DNA of 64,000 bases from Armatimonadota bacterium (GTDB lineage: Bacteria > Armatimonadota > HRBIN16). Positions 37,528 through 47,663 of the stretch are shown here, in pieces (the first letter of the stretch is position 1; each line of letters opens with the position of its first letter). The notes under the pieces are model-generated. The model made no database searches and was not told where the DNA came from. It worked only from the letters and a program-made list of their open reading frames with translations. The stretch lies in contig OY781964.1 of the NCBI GenBank assembly GCA_963677485.1, forward strand, positions 4,608,001-4,672,000. The letters run 5' to 3'. Both the position numbers and the translations under genes were made by a program.

Positions 37528-39039
37528 GTGACATTCTCCCATAGATATTCGATCATTGGGGTGCTGGTCACCCTTGCCATTGCTCCAGTCCTGTCTGCAC
37601 CGAAAAGTGATGAGATATGGTCCCTTAAGGCTGACAATCAAGCCGTATCCTGGATTGATCTGAGCGATGGCAGTAGGAAACCTGGCAGCATTACCGCTGA
37701 GGGGCACGTCAGTATCAAACGCCCGGATATGCAGCTTACCGCTGAAAGCCTGCTGGCCAATATGGCTGATGGAATCATATCACAACTGAAGGCCGGCGGT
37801 GGCGTGGACCTTGTAACGCCCTCTCAGGAACTGCATTGCGATGAACTGACCGCTACAGTTTCGCCGGATGGCAAGATCATCAATGGCTCTTTGGTCAATG
37901 TCAATGGCAAAACAGGCCAATTGCTGGTGAAGGCTGAGAGCACGACCATATCTGGCAACATCATGCGACTTAAAACTGGGCAGATCACAGTCTGTGCGTT
38001 GCCAACACCTCACTACGCGTTAAAAGCGAACACCATCACCATTAACACTGTCACACGCCGTGTTACTGCGCGGAACGTCCGGTTGATGGTATATGGTCAC
38101 ACGGTCATGGCGTTACCGTATATCTCCACTGGCGTGGGAACTAAACGAAATTCAACTTTGATGCCCATTATTACCTATACACAGGGCAAAGGTGTAGGGG
38201 TTCGGTATCCCATCGTCATCCCGATGAAGGATAGCATGGTCACAGGACGGGTGGCAGTATACGAGCGTGACCAAGCGGAACTGTCACTCAGTTACGACCA
38301 ACGGTTGGACAAGACCGGCGATAATGAACAGATGGACCGCCTTCAGGACGGTGACTATGAGCAGGCAGCCTTTATGTCGGTTCCCAGTGAAGCACCAGCA
38401 CCATTAAAGACAAATGCATCCTGGTTCGTCACTGGTGATGTGAACCGCCCTGTTTACTTAGCGCAAGATAATTCCGATCAAGTGCGGATTAATTCGACGG
38501 AGATCGGTGCCAGATATGACACAAGAACCTCGAAATACGGATGGATGCAGGCTGAGCTTCGTACAGGGAGCGTGCGCGAAGAACCGACCATGGAGGACCA
38601 TTTCCGAAGTTCGATACATGCCAGATGGTCATCCATACCCGTGAAGATTCTGCCTGTCCTGAATTACCGGGTGGGTACAGAATGGAGAGCGGTGACGTAT
38701 AGCTCTGGTGATCAAATCAACCGCATCACAGGCCAGTTTATGCTGGATGGTAAGCCTGAGTCATGGATGGAATACACGCTGGGTTACGCTAGTGCGAAAG
38801 AGACGGGGAGAAGCCCCTTCAGTTTTGATCGCCTGACCGTCAAACACGAAGGTATTGCACGCCTCCTAATAGGCCATGGAACTCGGATTGATGCGAGAGG
38901 ATACTGGGATTTTGAAAAATCTGCATGGATCGATGTCACGATTGCATTGAAAGTTCGGGCTCATTGTATCGAACCTGAGCTTATCTGGAGCCAGAAAATG
39001 CAGAGTGTGGAGTTCAACCTTGATATCGCTACTTTTTAG
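37528..39039 (+). CDS. Short LptD-like outer-membrane protein (beta-jellyroll plus beta-barrel-like C-terminus)
   Basis: GQITVCALPTPHYALKA..ARNVRL..ALPY hallmark; amphipathic strands; HCIE near the end; terminal Phe. Confidence 0.65.
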   Translation: MTFSHRYSIIGVLVTLAIAPVLSAPKSDEIWSLKADNQAVSWIDLSDGSRKPGSITAEGHVSIKRPDMQLTAESLLANMADGIISQLKAGGGVDLVTPSQELHCDELTATVSPDGKIINGSLVNVNGKTGQLLVKAESTTISGNIMRLKTGQITVCALPTPHYALKANTITINTVTRRVTARNVRLMVYGHTVMALPYISTGVGTKRNSTLMPIITYTQGKGVGVRYPIVIPMKDSMVTGRVAVYERDQAELSLSYDQRLDKTGDNEQMDRLQDGDYEQAAFMSVPSEAPAPLKTNASWFVTGDVNRPVYLAQDNSDQVRINSTEIGARYDTRTSKYGWMQAELRTGSVREEPTMEDHFRSSIHARWSSIPVKILPVLNYRVGTEWRAVTYSSGDQINRITGQFMLDGKPESWMEYTLGYASAKETGRSPFSFDRLTVKHEGIARLLIGHGTRIDARGYWDFEKSAWIDVTIALKVRAHCIEPELIWSQKMQSVEFNLDIATF

Positions 39040-39101
39040 GTCTTGGCGGGTATAGTTAATACGTATACATATAACAACAACCGACCCGTTGGAGGAGATT
39101 A

Positions 39102-39653
39102 ATGAACACTCTGGTCATCTACGCACATCCAAAAGACACAAGTTACAACGCAGCTATTAAGGACACAGTGCTTGAAGCACTCAAGAAACGCGGCGACACC
39201 GTAGAGCTCCGCGACCTATACGCTATGGACTTCAATCCCGTATTGCGGTTCGATCACCAAAAAGCTCCCGATGTAGAACAAGAACAAAAGTATATATCCA
39301 ATGCTGACGAGATTGTGATAGTGAACCCAATATGGTGGTACAGCATGCCGGCTATACTGAAGGGTTATATCGATAGAGTATTGACATACGGGTTCGCATA
39401 TGCTTACACCGAAAATGGAGTCGACGGCCTGCTTAAGGGTAAGCGAGTGACGATTATCAACACCGCCGGCGGCACGCAAGAGGCCTACGCGAGTGGCGGA
39501 TATGATGAAGCACTTGCAAGAACCATCGTTAATGGTATCTACCGGTTCTGCGGCCTGGAGATCACGAAGCACCATATCGTGCATAATGTCATCCAAGGCA
39601 GCGACGAGTATCGAGCGGGTGCTTTGAAAGAAATCGCCGCGTTGTTTGAGTAA
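39102..39653 (+). CDS. NAD(P)H-dependent oxidoreductase (flavodoxin-like, quinone reductase family)
   Basis: IYAHP..SYN, DLYAMDFNP, PIWWYSMPAILKGYIDRV. Confidence 0.93.
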   Translation: MNTLVIYAHPKDTSYNAAIKDTVLEALKKRGDTVELRDLYAMDFNPVLRFDHQKAPDVEQEQKYISNADEIVIVNPIWWYSMPAILKGYIDRVLTYGFAYAYTENGVDGLLKGKRVTIINTAGGTQEAYASGGYDEALARTIVNGIYRFCGLEITKHHIVHNVIQGSDEYRAGALKEIAALFE

Positions 39654-39673
39654 TAAAACACATTTCGATATGA

Positions 39674-39707
39674 AACGGGTCTGGCATCACATGATGCCAG
39701 ACCCGTT
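39674..39707. terminator. Hairpin between convergent genes
   Basis: aacgggtctggcatca / tgatgccagacccgtt perfect inverted repeat. Confidence 0.8.
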
Positions 39708-39730
39708 CTGCTGAAGCCGTAAAGGTCGAT

Positions 39731-40519
39731 CTAGTGCATTTTGCCCTTAGCGACGAATACCTTCTTCATGCGGTTCCAGAGTATTCCGCGGTTCAACTCA
39801 GCGATCGCACGAGTCAGCGAAATCTCTTTCGGGCAAGCCTTGATGCAGTTCTGCGCGTTGCCACATCCCAGAAGCCCGTCAGGCCCTGCCAGCACGTCGT
39901 AGCGGTCATCCTCAAGTTCCTTCCCGATGGGATGGTAGTTGAACACAAACGCCTGGCCTATTGCGGTCGGCCCGATGAAGTTGCTGTTCATACTGACGTT
40001 GGGGCAGCTCTCCACACAGCATCCGCAAGTCATGCAACGGCTGAAGTCGTAACGCAGCTCTGCCTGAGACTGGCTCATTCGTACACCTGGGCCGAGGTCA
40101 TGCGTTCCGTCAATCGGGATCCATGCCTTGATTCGCTTCAGTGTTTCAAACATATGACTTCGGTCGACTACCAGGTCACGGATGACAGGGTATTTCGTCA
40201 TAGGTTCTACTGTGACAACAAGCGCATCGGTCTGAGGTTTGCCTACGGCGTCAATCAATGTGGCACATGCTTGATGGGCATATCCATTGATGACCATAGT
40301 ACAGGTTCCGCAAACTTCCTCAAGGCAAGCCGCCTCCCATGCAGGAGCGACCACTGCTTCACCCTTGGAGTTCACAGGGTTGCGTTGAATAGTCATCAGG
40401 CAGCTAATGATGTTTGAGTTCGGCACATAGGGCATCTTGAACTCTTCCCAGTAGGAAGCCGAACCGGCATCCTTCTGGCGTTTGATTTTCATGATGATAG
40501 TGTTGTAAGCCATGTTCAA
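39731..40519 (-). CDS. sdhB: Succinate dehydrogenase iron-sulfur subunit
   Basis: CLEEVCGTC, CMTCGCCVESCP, CGNAQNCIKACP. Confidence 0.97.
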   Translation of the reverse strand: MNMAYNTIIMKIKRQKDAGSASYWEEFKMPYVPNSNIISCLMTIQRNPVNSKGEAVVAPAWEAACLEEVCGTCTMVINGYAHQACATLIDAVGKPQTDALVVTVEPMTKYPVIRDLVVDRSHMFETLKRIKAWIPIDGTHDLGPGVRMSQSQAELRYDFSRCMTCGCCVESCPNVSMNSNFIGPTAIGQAFVFNYHPIGKELEDDRYDVLAGPDGLLGCGNAQNCIKACPKEISLTRAIAELNRGILWNRMKKVFVAKGKMH

Positions 40520-40528
40520 TACGCCTCC

Positions 40529-42379
40529 TTACTTCTTCTCGCCAGTTTGGCTGGTCGATTTGTCTTTGGCGTAGTTTCGCAGTCGCGGAGTGATCATCTC
40601 ATGATCTACATCCGCATAGCTTATCTCCACTTTTCCGTTCTTCCATTCTGCAATGGTGCTCTTCAGGAACTTCTCATCATTGCGGTTCGGGAAGTCAGGC
40701 TTATAGTGGGCACCACGGCTTTCATCACGTTTGAGCGCACCAGTGGTGATGGTCTCAGCCAGAACCAGCATATTCTGCAGGTTGCGGGTGAATATCGCCG
40801 CCTGATTGGTCCACACACCGGTATCCGCCAGCCCTACATTCTTCATGCGTGACTTGATTTCAGATATCTTGACCAGGGTCTTTTCGAGTCGGTCGTTATA
40901 GCGAACGACAGTGACATTCTCGGTCATGACATCGCCCAGTTCGTCATGCAGTTTATAGGGGTTCTCACTGCCGTCCATCGAGACTATGGCATCATATTCC
41001 GCTTGCCGCTTACTGCGCATCGAATCAAACAGGCTGACCGGCATATCTTCTGTGGACTGATCTAGTCCCTTAACGTATCGTGAGACAGCCTCACCAGATA
41101 CTCCACCGGCGAAGATACAGCTCAGAAGCGCGTTGGCTCCCAGGCGGTTCGCACCGTGGAACTGGTATTCGCACTCGCCGACCGCATACAGGCCAGGTAT
41201 GTTCGTGGCCATATTCTGCGTACTTTCTGGGTTCAAGAAGCCATCCGCATTACTTTCGTAGTTGACCCAAAGCCCACCCATGCTATAGTGGACGGAGGGG
41301 AAAACCAGCATCGGAACGTCGCGAGGGTCTTTGCCTTTGAACTTGATGTAAATTTCAAGGATTCCCCAAAGCTTCTTGGTGGATGTGGCCCTGTCCAAGT
41401 GGGTGATGTCCAGGTAGACCTGGTTTTTTCCCTCGACTCCGAGTTTCTGGTTCACGCAGATGTCAAAGATCTCTCGGGTAGCGATGTCGCGAGGAACCAG
41501 GTTGCCATACGCAGGATACTTCTCTTCAAGGAAATACAGCCGTTCGGCTTCAGGTATGTCCTGAGCTGCGCGGGTTTCTGCCGAATTTCTCGGCACCCAC
41601 ACACGGCCGCCTTCACCGCGGATACCTTCTGACATCAATCGGTTCTTATCTTCACCAGGGATGGCGGTGGGGTGTACCTGTATCATTTCAGGGTTACCGT
41701 ACTTGGCACCTTGTTGATACACAAAGCTTGCTGCGCTGCCGGTGTTGATGATCGACTGAGTCGACTTACCGTAGATATATCCCGGTCCACCAGTGGCCAT
41801 GATCACCGCGTCAGCCCTGAAACTGCGGATTTCCATGGTATACAGGCTCTGAGCGATAATTCCTCGGCAGACGCCGTCATCGTCCTTGACGATGCCCAGG
41901 AAGTCCCAGCCTTCATATTTGTTCACAGAACCTTCGCACTCGTGGCGGCGCACCTGCTCATCCAGTGCGTAAAGCAACTGCTGGCCCGTGGTGGCTCCAG
42001 CAAACGCAGTGCGGCGCTGTTTGGCACCACCGAAACGCCGGAAATCCAAGAAGCCTTCACTGGTGCGGTTGAAGGGGACACCCATGCGATCGAGCATATA
42101 AATAACGCTGGGAGCCCTATCGGTCATGGTCCGAACGGGAGGCTGGTTTGCCAGGAAGTCACCACCATAAACGGTGTCGTCGAAGTGTTCCCATGTGCTG
42201 TCGCCTTCGCCCATCGTGTTCACAGCGCCATTGATACCGCCTTGCGCACACACGGAGTGGCTGCGTTTGACGGGTACCAGCGAGAACAGGTCGACTTTCA
42301 GACCTTTCTCGGCACTTTTGATTGTGGCCATCAGCCCAGCTAATCCGCCACCAACAATAATCACGCGATTGTTTGCCAT
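40529..42379 (-). CDS. sdhA: Succinate dehydrogenase flavoprotein subunit (Bacillus type)
   Basis: GGGLAG, RSHSVCAQGGIN, QVHPT, HYSMGG, HGANRLG, ESRGAH. Confidence 0.98.
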   Translation of the reverse strand: MANNRVIIVGGGLAGLMATIKSAEKGLKVDLFSLVPVKRSHSVCAQGGINGAVNTMGEGDSTWEHFDDTVYGGDFLANQPPVRTMTDRAPSVIYMLDRMGVPFNRTSEGFLDFRRFGGAKQRRTAFAGATTGQQLLYALDEQVRRHECEGSVNKYEGWDFLGIVKDDDGVCRGIIAQSLYTMEIRSFRADAVIMATGGPGYIYGKSTQSIINTGSAASFVYQQGAKYGNPEMIQVHPTAIPGEDKNRLMSEGIRGEGGRVWVPRNSAETRAAQDIPEAERLYFLEEKYPAYGNLVPRDIATREIFDICVNQKLGVEGKNQVYLDITHLDRATSTKKLWGILEIYIKFKGKDPRDVPMLVFPSVHYSMGGLWVNYESNADGFLNPESTQNMATNIPGLYAVGECEYQFHGANRLGANALLSCIFAGGVSGEAVSRYVKGLDQSTEDMPVSLFDSMRSKRQAEYDAIVSMDGSENPYKLHDELGDVMTENVTVVRYNDRLEKTLVKISEIKSRMKNVGLADTGVWTNQAAIFTRNLQNMLVLAETITTGALKRDESRGAHYKPDFPNRNDEKFLKSTIAEWKNGKVEISYADVDHEMITPRLRNYAKDKSTSQTGEKK

Positions 42380-42394
42380 ATCAGTAAAACCTCC

Positions 42395-43075
42395 TTAGTG
42401 TGCCATGTTCCAGATTGGATTGATAAAGCCGTAAAATGCCAACCAACCGAACCCGGTAAGCAACACGAATAGTCCTGTGCAAACTGCAGCGCACTTATTT
42501 TGAGATTCTTCGGTGAGTGTGATGCCCCAGCGGATGCAGAAGGCCCATATACCGTTGCTCAAGTGATAAGTAGCGGCAGTGATACCCAGAATGTAGATCG
42601 CTGCGATCAGTGGGTTTTGGAACTTCTCGTGCATACCTGCGTATTTGATGCTATCTAATCCTGCACCGAAATATTTGGCCATCAGTGTGGTTGTAAATAC
42701 GTGGTAGGTAATGTAGAGCACCAAGAAGATGCCACTGACTCGCTGAAATACATATGCGAGGTTTCGTTTGTATGTGTAGTTTTGGTAGTTCATCGTGCCA
42801 TGTGAGGTGATCAGCAACCCGTATGCTGTGTGAAACAGCAGTGGCAGGAAGATGATTCCGACCTCCATAAGCATAAAGATATGCCTTGGAATTATCTCGA
42901 AAAATTCGATGACGGCGTTGAAATTCTTCGCGCCTGTCAACGAAAAAGAGTTTAACACAAGATGCTGCACTACAAAAAATCCCACTGGTATGATACCGGT
43001 GAGCGAGTGCAGCTTATGTAACAGGTAGTTATCCGAAGCGACTAACGACCTGCGAAATTCAACTGCAGATGCCAT
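42395..43075 (-). CDS. sdhC: Succinate dehydrogenase cytochrome b558 subunit; start probably 43075
   Basis: LHSLTGIIP, heme-ligand His residues, QRVSG, HLSNGIW..WGI; first gene of sdhCAB. Confidence 0.93.
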   Translation of the reverse strand: MASAVEFRRSLVASDNYLLHKLHSLTGIIPVGFFVVQHLVLNSFSLTGAKNFNAVIEFFEIIPRHIFMLMEVGIIFLPLLFHTAYGLLITSHGTMNYQNYTYKRNLAYVFQRVSGIFLVLYITYHVFTTTLMAKYFGAGLDSIKYAGMHEKFQNPLIAAIYILGITAATYHLSNGIWAFCIRWGITLTEESQNKCAAVCTGLFVLLTGFGWLAFYGFINPIWNMAH

Positions 43076-43139
43076 GTGGATCCCTCGATTTCTGTTGAGG
43101 TTAAGTTGATGAAGGCTATTTGAGCACTCCATCCATCAC

Positions 43140-43168
43140 ATTATAACGAACCTGACCCTTTTGTCCAA
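43140..43168 (-). promoter_or_regulatory. Sigma70-type promoter of sdhCAB
   Basis: Minus strand TTGGAC-17 nt-TATAAT. Confidence 0.6.
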
Positions 43169-43341
43169 AATTGTACCCTATTATGGCTCTTTTTGAGCGG
43201 CTCATTATGATTGTTTGGTATTGAATTTCGCAATATCAATCGCGAATTTTGCGTAGTACGCCGCTTCAGCTATTGTGAGATATTGCTGGTTATTGCCCGT
43301 AATATGCGGTATGATACAGTAAAACTAATGCGGAGGCGACT

Positions 43342-44232
43342 ATGATTTCATCACAAATCCCCGTGATTCTCGATACCGATATCGGCGGTGACATCGACGA
43401 TGCGCTGTGCCTGGCCTACCTTCTTCGACAGCCCAAGTGCGATTTGCTAGGTATTACGACGGTCTCCGGCGACACTATCACTCGAGCGAAACTGGCAAGT
43501 TGCATCTGTCAACGAGTAAAGCGTGATGATATTCCCATTTATGCCGGAGCACCTATGCCATTGATCGGACCACAACTGCAGGTCAAAGTCCCGCAGGCTA
43601 CCGCGCTAGAGCAATGGAGTCACAAGCAGGATTTTTCCGAAAATAGTGCGCTTATCTACCTCAGAGACACCATCCGCAGCCGCCCAGGTGAGATCTCCTT
43701 GCTGACCATCGGCCCACTCACCAACATAGGTTTGCTGTTTTCGCTTTATCCAGATGTCGCGAAGAAGCTAAAACGGCTGGTTTCGATGTGCGGCTGCTAT
43801 TACGATAAGGAACAGCCACGACTCAACGAATGGAACGCAAAAGTGGACTACACCGCTACGGATATCGTGTATCGTACCGCAGTGAAGGAACATATGTCTG
43901 TCGGGTTTGATGTCACGAGGCAGTGTGTGATCAGCGGCGATGAGGCACGCAAGATGATTCGCGGCGGAGTTCTTGATCCAGTGGCTGATATGGCATCCGT
44001 TTGGTTGAAAGAGGCGGGGAATGTGACCTTCCACGACCCGCTCACGGCCGCTCTTCTTTTCGAACCATCGCTGTGTGGAATGAAAAGAGGCGAGTGTACG
44101 GTGGATGCATCATCTACACCAACTGGGGGTGTGACCAACTGGCACGAAAGCAGCCGAGGCCGTCACACAGTCGCGGCAACAGTCGATTCAAAAAGGTTCC
44201 TTGATCACTACTTTTCGGTGACTAAAGGGTAA
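43342..44232 (+). CDS. Nucleoside hydrolase (IUNH family)
   Basis: LDTDIGGDIDDA, IGPLTN, EWN, HDP. Confidence 0.93.
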   Translation: MISSQIPVILDTDIGGDIDDALCLAYLLRQPKCDLLGITTVSGDTITRAKLASCICQRVKRDDIPIYAGAPMPLIGPQLQVKVPQATALEQWSHKQDFSENSALIYLRDTIRSRPGEISLLTIGPLTNIGLLFSLYPDVAKKLKRLVSMCGCYYDKEQPRLNEWNAKVDYTATDIVYRTAVKEHMSVGFDVTRQCVISGDEARKMIRGGVLDPVADMASVWLKEAGNVTFHDPLTAALLFEPSLCGMKRGECTVDASSTPTGGVTNWHESSRGRHTVAATVDSKRFLDHYFSVTKG

Positions 44233-44333
44233 GCACCTGCGCGTGTATTCACGGCAGCCCAGGTTGTAACTGATATTATCGGGACGTTTCTTGTGGGCGC
44301 CCCGATCGCTGTAAGCCTCTGTTGCAGCCATGC

Positions 44334-44503
44334 GTTGCCTATGTCCGGGGCGGTCTGTGCGTAGGCTAGCGGATGCCGAAGGCTCGAGACCGCGCCGGTC
44401 TGGCGGACAGCCTCCCTGGGTTGATTTCGGGAACAAGACCGGCGCGGTCTATAGACAGTTTCCACCGCAGGCGTACTGACAGACCGCCCCGGACATAGCC
44501 AAC
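44334..44503. repeat. Nested inverted-repeat element, copy 3
   Basis: 24-bp terminal IR with one mismatch (gttgcctatgtccggggcggtctg / cagaccgccccggacatagccaac); perfect 15-bp inner IR. Confidence 0.9.
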
Positions 44504-44566
44504 CTAGTTACTTTCACGATGACCTGTTGATGCTAGATAATCAGGCTGAGTTTTGCTCAGCACCGA

Positions 44567-45001
44567 TTATTGGCCCTTCTCCGGTGTCGTGGCGATACCC
44601 AGCCACCTGTGGGCGATCACCACTGCGGCGTATCCATCAATCGGCACTTTTGGGCACAGCCAGCTTATGGGTAACAGGCACAGACAGCCTTTCGGTGGAT
44701 GGTATTTGTAGTAAACCGCCTTTGCCATTTCAGAACTGCTCCGCTCATTGACCATCTCATATGCGGGAAATACAATGCCCAAAATGGTCTTTAAAGCCTT
44801 ATGGCCCGTACCATTTCCCATCACGACAGCACTTGGCGTATATTTTTGTTGCCACATAGTGCAATATTCTGCGATTTGCTCTGCTGGAATCACAAGCACA
44901 TCGATGGGTTTACCATCGCTGTCAACAACCGCTATTCCGCATTTAGAGGTGCCAGGATCTATTGCAAACACACGTCCTGAAAATTCATCAGCATTACTCA
45001 A
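44567..45001 (-). CDS. YqgF/RuvX-like RNase H-fold nuclease
   Basis: AIDPGTSKCGIAV, MGNGT, VNERSSS, IDGYAAVVIA. Confidence 0.82.
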   Translation of the reverse strand: MSNADEFSGRVFAIDPGTSKCGIAVVDSDGKPIDVLVIPAEQIAEYCTMWQQKYTPSAVVMGNGTGHKALKTILGIVFPAYEMVNERSSSEMAKAVYYKYHPPKGCLCLLPISWLCPKVPIDGYAAVVIAHRWLGIATTPEKGQ

Positions 45002-46542
45002 GGTACCAGTCTCAGGCGTATTCGTAATTCATCACCAGTGTAGGTATCTTTTTTCGCCGTAAAGGAGATTTCAGCTTTGCGGGCAAGACCAGAGTATTTC
45101 AATTGCTGCACCATTTCGGCCAGGTCTTCGTTGGGCAGGTCGCCTACTGAGCTTGATCCAGCACTTCCGATGACTGGCAAAATGCCAGCCTGGACGGCAC
45201 GGCTTTTGACTTCCGTTAGCAAGAATTGGACTATCTGGTTGGACAACACTCCAGCATTTACGCCGGTAAACAGCTTCATTCTGGCGATCTCTTGACCGCT
45301 TTTGAATACCAGTTGGTTTCGGTAAGGTAAGAGCTCGATGGGCACAGGCTCACCTGCATAGCTGTTCCGAATACTTGAAGCCACGACTAGCACCGGCTCA
45401 TTGGAGGTGGCAATCTGCATAGACAAAGCTCGGATGCTCTCCCACTCGTCAGCCACCAGCTCCGATGTGCTTTGATCACTTGTGGTCATAGTGATCTTCT
45501 TGACAGGCATATAGGCTGCTCGCCAAGAGTCGCTTTTTGCGGCCCCTCGAGCCTCGGCAGCCCATCCAGCCTCAACCAGCAGTCTTTGAAGCTCCTGGCG
45601 TATGCGTTTGACGCCAATCTTGTTGTCGACGATCCGTCGGAACACCTCTTGACCACGCTCGAAAACTAACGGGCTGGAGGTCTTTCCGATGAGCGTGTTG
45701 ACTGCTGCCCGCAACTGAGTTTCCTGCTTTGATAAGGTTGCGATGGTATCATCAAGTTCTTTGAGCTGCGATTGGAGCTCTGCACTGCGATCAGCCAGCT
45801 CCTTACCTTCGGCACGCAATTTCTGATCGTGATCATTCAGCTCTTTGTTTTTTGATTCCAGCTCAAGGTTTTTGCTCTGCATCTCAATGTTTTGCCTGGA
45901 GCTGAGGCGGTTTGATTCAAGGAACCGGGAGTTCTGCGCCATTAAGAAATCGCTGCTGGCTTTCAGTTTAGTGGCCGCTCGCTTAAGCAATTCGGATTCC
46001 GAAACAAGCATCTTGTTACGGACAGCCAGTTGTCCGAGGCGCTCTTGCTGGCTGCGGATTTGGCTGTTGAGTTGGACTTCAGTACCTTTAAGTTTTGAAA
46101 TCTGTTCGTTACGTAACGATAATTCCTTATTAGCATCGGCCAGCATATCAATTTGCTTCTTTAGCAGGATGCCGTTATTACGCAGTTTTTCGGTCTGAGC
46201 ACGAAGTTTATCGTTGATTTTAGATAACTCAGAGGTGATCTGGATATATCGCGTGCTGAGTTTAGAGTATTTTGTCTCTGTTTGTTTTAGCAGCTTGAAG
46301 GTCTGCTCACCACGGAAGATGATGTCGCGAAACTCCGCGACTGAGCCCAAAATGATACCCCATGACAGGATCGAAATGAGTGCTCCCGTGATTGCAGTGA
46401 CAATCATAGCAGTATATCTTGGACGGAACCCCCATATACTCAGCTTCCGTCTGCCAAGTGTGCGGCCCAGCCAGTCACCTAAATAGGCGATAAAGCCAGA
46501 TAGGAGTACGACTATGATTCCAACGACGAGAGTAATGGGCAT
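44998..46542 (-). CDS. DUF3084 family membrane-anchored coiled-coil protein
   Basis: GFIAYLGDWLGRTLGRRKLSIWGFRPRYTA signature, two TM segments, long coiled coil. Confidence 0.88.
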   Translation of the reverse strand: MPITLVVGIIVVLLSGFIAYLGDWLGRTLGRRKLSIWGFRPRYTAMIVTAITGALISILSWGIILGSVAEFRDIIFRGEQTFKLLKQTETKYSKLSTRYIQITSELSKINDKLRAQTEKLRNNGILLKKQIDMLADANKELSLRNEQISKLKGTEVQLNSQIRSQQERLGQLAVRNKMLVSESELLKRAATKLKASSDFLMAQNSRFLESNRLSSRQNIEMQSKNLELESKNKELNDHDQKLRAEGKELADRSAELQSQLKELDDTIATLSKQETQLRAAVNTLIGKTSSPLVFERGQEVFRRIVDNKIGVKRIRQELQRLLVEAGWAAEARGAAKSDSWRAAYMPVKKITMTTSDQSTSELVADEWESIRALSMQIATSNEPVLVVASSIRNSYAGEPVPIELLPYRNQLVFKSGQEIARMKLFTGVNAGVLSNQIVQFLLTEVKSRAVQAGILPVIGSAGSSSVGDLPNEDLAEMVQQLKYSGLARKAEISFTAKKDTYTGDELRIRLRLVP

Positions 46543-46550
46543 CTAGTTGA

Positions 46551-47663
46551 TCACCGGCTTTTCTGCTTTAAGAAATATATCGCCGCAACCAGTCCAAGGA
46601 AGTCCGGAAGGAATGCAGCTAAAACCGGGTGCATTGTGCCATCTTTTCCCAAAATATACAAATATTCGTAAAGTGTCCAGTATAGGAATATCACCACAAT
46701 ACTGGTGGCGAAACCAGCAGCGGCTGAGGCCCGTTGCCTTCTGATGGCAAGGGGAGCTCCGACGATGCCGAAGATGAAGCTAGCCAGCGGCAAGCTGATT
46801 TTGTTCAGCAACTCGACCAGGAGTTTACTGGTGTCTTCCCCGGCTTTGTTGTATTTACGAATGCGCCTTAAGGTCTCTTTGAAACTGCGGGCATCAGGAT
46901 CGGGAACTAAATCTTCTTCAAGCTGTTGTAAAGATTTGTTGACACCGGCCTTCAGTTCACGGGTGCTTGTGTAGGCAAAATCCACCCGAACCTTGCCATC
47001 AGCCGTCTCCCAATAGCCGTTCTCCAGGTTCCATTCGATTCCGCTGATCCATTTCGCCCGCTGTGCCACGACGGTAAACTGTGGCAACCATCGCCCGTTC
47101 ACCGGAGCGTATTGCGTCACGGTGACATCATACAGAAGGCCGGCTTCCAGGTCAACTCCACCTTGAGCAACGATATTGGTCCGTATTTTGCCATCCTCAA
47201 GCACCGTCTGGTTGACAGCCCGCGTGCGGTCGCCAACCTGCTTTATGATGGCGGTTTTGAGGCGCCACATTTCTGCGGTTGCTTTTGGAACGGCATATTC
47301 GTAGAACAGCATGGCGACCATACTGACAGCCAGACCGAAAATCGCCACGGGCATCATGATGCGTTTCAAGCTGTATCCTGAGGCGTAGATGGCCACCAGT
47401 TCGCTCTCGCCAGAGAATCGGCCAAAGGCAAGCAAACTGGCAAGAAGCATCCCCATTGGGAATGTCTTGACAATCACCGCAGGCAGGCTGAGTAAAATCA
47501 GCTTAGTGATCAGTGCTGGCGATGCTCCCTTGACCATATACTCGGCGATCGAGAACAGGTTTGTTCCTGCAAAGAACAGTGCGGTAAACATCATAATGCC
47601 GAAAAAGAATGGCGAGATGAGCTCTTGCAGCACCAGTTTGTCGACAACCTTAAGCCGGATCAT
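46551..47663 (-). CDS. LPS export ABC transporter permease LptF/LptG family
   Basis: 3+3 TM layout, GRFSGESELVAIYASGYS, periplasmic domain, AAFLPD; adjacent to lptB. Confidence 0.92.
   Translation of the reverse strand: MIRLKVVDKLVLQELISPFFFGIMMFTALFFAGTNLFSIAEYMVKGASPALITKLILLSLPAVIVKTFPMGMLLASLLAFGRFSGESELVAIYASGYSLKRIMMPVAIFGLAVSMVAMLFYEYAVPKATAEMWRLKTAIIKQVGDRTRAVNQTVLEDGKIRTNIVAQGGVDLEAGLLYDVTVTQYAPVNGRWLPQFTVVAQRAKWISGIEWNLENGYWETADGKVRVDFAYTSTRELKAGVNKSLQQLEEDLVPDPDARSFKETLRRIRKYNKAGEDTSKLLVELLNKISLPLASFIFGIVGAPLAIRRQRASAAAGFATSIVVIFLYWTLYEYLYILGKDGTMHPVLAAFLPDFLGLVAAIYFLKQKSR

Noticed and set aside
39734-42343. Long plus-strand ORFs opposite sdhAB (and similar ones opposite dnaE, purF and ABC genes)
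   Set aside because: Antisense shadows of conserved genes with no recognisable motifs
2557-44503. Repeat copies as a CRISPR array
   Set aside because: Copies are dispersed and ~170 bp, with no repeat-spacer periodicity and no cas genes
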